From assembly GCA_905067555.1 (NCBI GenBank), contig CAJHIS010000002.1, forward strand, positions 3,900 to 67,899: a DNA stretch of 64,000 nt, in the 5' to 3' direction. The first letter of the stretch is position 1, and every line of letters starts with the position of its first letter. The DNA comes from Candidatus Argoarchaeum ethanivorans (GTDB lineage: Archaea > Halobacteriota > Methanosarcinia > Methanosarcinales > EX4572-44). This document shows positions 62,235-64,000 of this stretch, in pieces. Both the position numbers and the translations under genes were made by a program. The notes under the pieces are model-generated. The model worked only from the letters and a program-made list of their open reading frames with translations. It was not told where the DNA came from and searched no databases.

Positions 62235-63145
62235 TGAATGAAATACTGAGCGAGGGAAAGCTTAGAAGTAAAGTAAATTATCTCAGGCAAGAGCTTGGCC
62301 AGAAAGACAGGGAGCTTAAAAAAATCTTCAGAGACCTTGCCCTGCACAAAAACAATTCAACAGAGCTAAAAGAACAGCGAGACTTACTAAACCAGCAGGT
62401 CAAGCAACTTGCCGGACTGGCAGCAATGTTGAGAGGAAATAGAGATGTGTCAAACAAGCAAATAGCTGTTATTAAACGACGGAGAGAACTGCTTAAAAAA
62501 CCTGCCAACGAACAAAAAAAGATATTGGATGGGTTAAGAGATGAACGAGATAAACTGAATAATATATCTAAAGGAAAATATGAAACACTTGTAAGGTTCT
62601 ATTCTGAAGATCTGACAACATTTAAAACATCAGATATACCTTTAAAGCAGGAAATTGATGTATTCAACAGATTAATAGCGCTTGGGGTTCGCATAACTGT
62701 TGCAGAGCAGGCAAACCGGAAGCACCAGCAATTACAGAAGAAACATAATAGTCTCAAAAAAGTGTATCAGGAACTTGATATTATTCATCAACGAATACAA
62801 AACCTTGCAGATGAATCGCAAAACTACCATGAACAATTGATAAGCACGTATCAAAAAATCGATACCTTGCGAAAAGAATCAGACGAATACCACAAAAAAC
62901 TCATTGAAGTCTATGCGGTTGTAGACCCTTTTAGAAATCGAATAGATCCACTTAAAAGAAACATAGAACAGCAGCGCAAAGAACTTGACGTGTATCTTGA
63001 ACAGTTAAAAGACGTGCAGCTTAAAAAGGACGAGGTTAAAGAGGAGAAAAAGCACCTCCAGGCAAAAACACGTTACCAAGAAACTGGAAAAATGAGTATA
63101 GAAGACCTGCGCATTTTAATGGATCACAAAGAGCTTAAACTATAA
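62234..63145 (+). CDS. archaeal coiled-coil protein (COG1340-like)
   Basis: RDLLNQQV, TSDIPLKQE, SQNYHEQL, GKMSIEDL. Confidence 0.8.
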   Translation: MNEILSEGKLRSKVNYLRQELGQKDRELKKIFRDLALHKNNSTELKEQRDLLNQQVKQLAGLAAMLRGNRDVSNKQIAVIKRRRELLKKPANEQKKILDGLRDERDKLNNISKGKYETLVRFYSEDLTTFKTSDIPLKQEIDVFNRLIALGVRITVAEQANRKHQQLQKKHNSLKKVYQELDIIHQRIQNLADESQNYHEQLISTYQKIDTLRKESDEYHKKLIEVYAVVDPFRNRIDPLKRNIEQQRKELDVYLEQLKDVQLKKDEVKEEKKHLQAKTRYQETGKMSIEDLRILMDHKELKL

Positions 63146-63222
63146 CTCTCATTTTTTTTGACACATTTGTTTTAATAATTTTAATAAATTGTATAATATA
63201 TTATATTGTGTAGTATATTATT

Positions 63223-63263
63223 TTTATAGTGTTTATTTATAGTGTTTATTTATAGTGTTTATT
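63223..63263. repeat. 13-bp tandem repeat in AT-rich non-coding region
   Basis: tttatagtgttta x3. Confidence 0.75.
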
Positions 63264-64000
63264 TTGTTTTAATAATTTTAATGAATTATACAGCATATTA
63301 TTCTTGAGTGATTAAATTTGCCTATATTTATAATATATTATTGCATCATCAATTGATTGGGTGTAAGGTAGTATATTAGACTTGTTCGTATACCTTAACT
63401 TAAGTAAAATATATAATAAGTTTGTAAGCAAAAAATTACAGGCTATATGGAATAGAACAGTTTCAGTTTGATGAATAATTTTAACTGTTGTTCTCCACAC
63501 CTCTTTGCCTGTTGAATGGTGATGTTGTCTGCTGATTAGTATGTATTCTTATAGTCATTGTAATAAATTTGTTTGCTGAGAACCTGTTATTTGGCTAAAA
63601 ATAACAGAATAATATTTTTAATAATGTTCATTCATGTATACTATGTAATAATTATTGAAAGATTGGCTATATTAGCTATATGTGGCTATTTATAACTGAA
63701 AGTAATAAAATAAAAACAAATTATTACTAAATAATGTTGCAGAAAATACTGGGAAATTGAGACTGAATATAATACAAAATATTAATTTTATAACATATAA
63801 CTATTTAAATTTTTAATATTATAAATTTCATATTAAATATATAATCTTAAAATATTTATTCTGTATTGAAGTAAAATCTGAGAGTTTGACATTTAGCTTT
63901 GAGTCTTGTATGATCTCCGAACAATATATCTATATGAGATAGCTCAATCCAAGGTAACTAACAAATAATGATTTACCAAGAACTGCATCATTTTTCAGGA

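Overview
Archaeal chromosomal segment, most consistent with a Methanosarcinales/ANME-2-like euryarchaeon (ablAB, cdrS-ftsZ, aRF1, cdc6, priS-GINS, MCM, egsA, PGF-CTERM protein); the taxonomy is inferred from gene content only. It is mostly housekeeping genes, plus four apparently functional tRNAs (Ser-CGA with a D-loop intron, Val-TAC, Ser-TGA, Cys-GCA), one decayed tRNA-Arg(GCG) and a probable Cdc6-linked origin. Unusual elements: (1) a dispersed modular family of REP-like palindromes whose loops are nearly all c-GNA-g on one strand, often behind a conserved promoter-like head and sometimes inside protein C-termini; (2) an AT-rich island with an uncharacterised two-gene cassette (one PD-(D/E)xK protein) next to a type III restriction remnant; (3) a solitary CRISPR repeat beside tRNA-Ser with no cas genes in the window; (4) a CDC48 with a ~190-aa coiled-coil insertion; (5) several small Zn-finger proteins and internally deleted pseudogenes missed by the ORF track. 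All calls come from reading the sequence; no searches were run.
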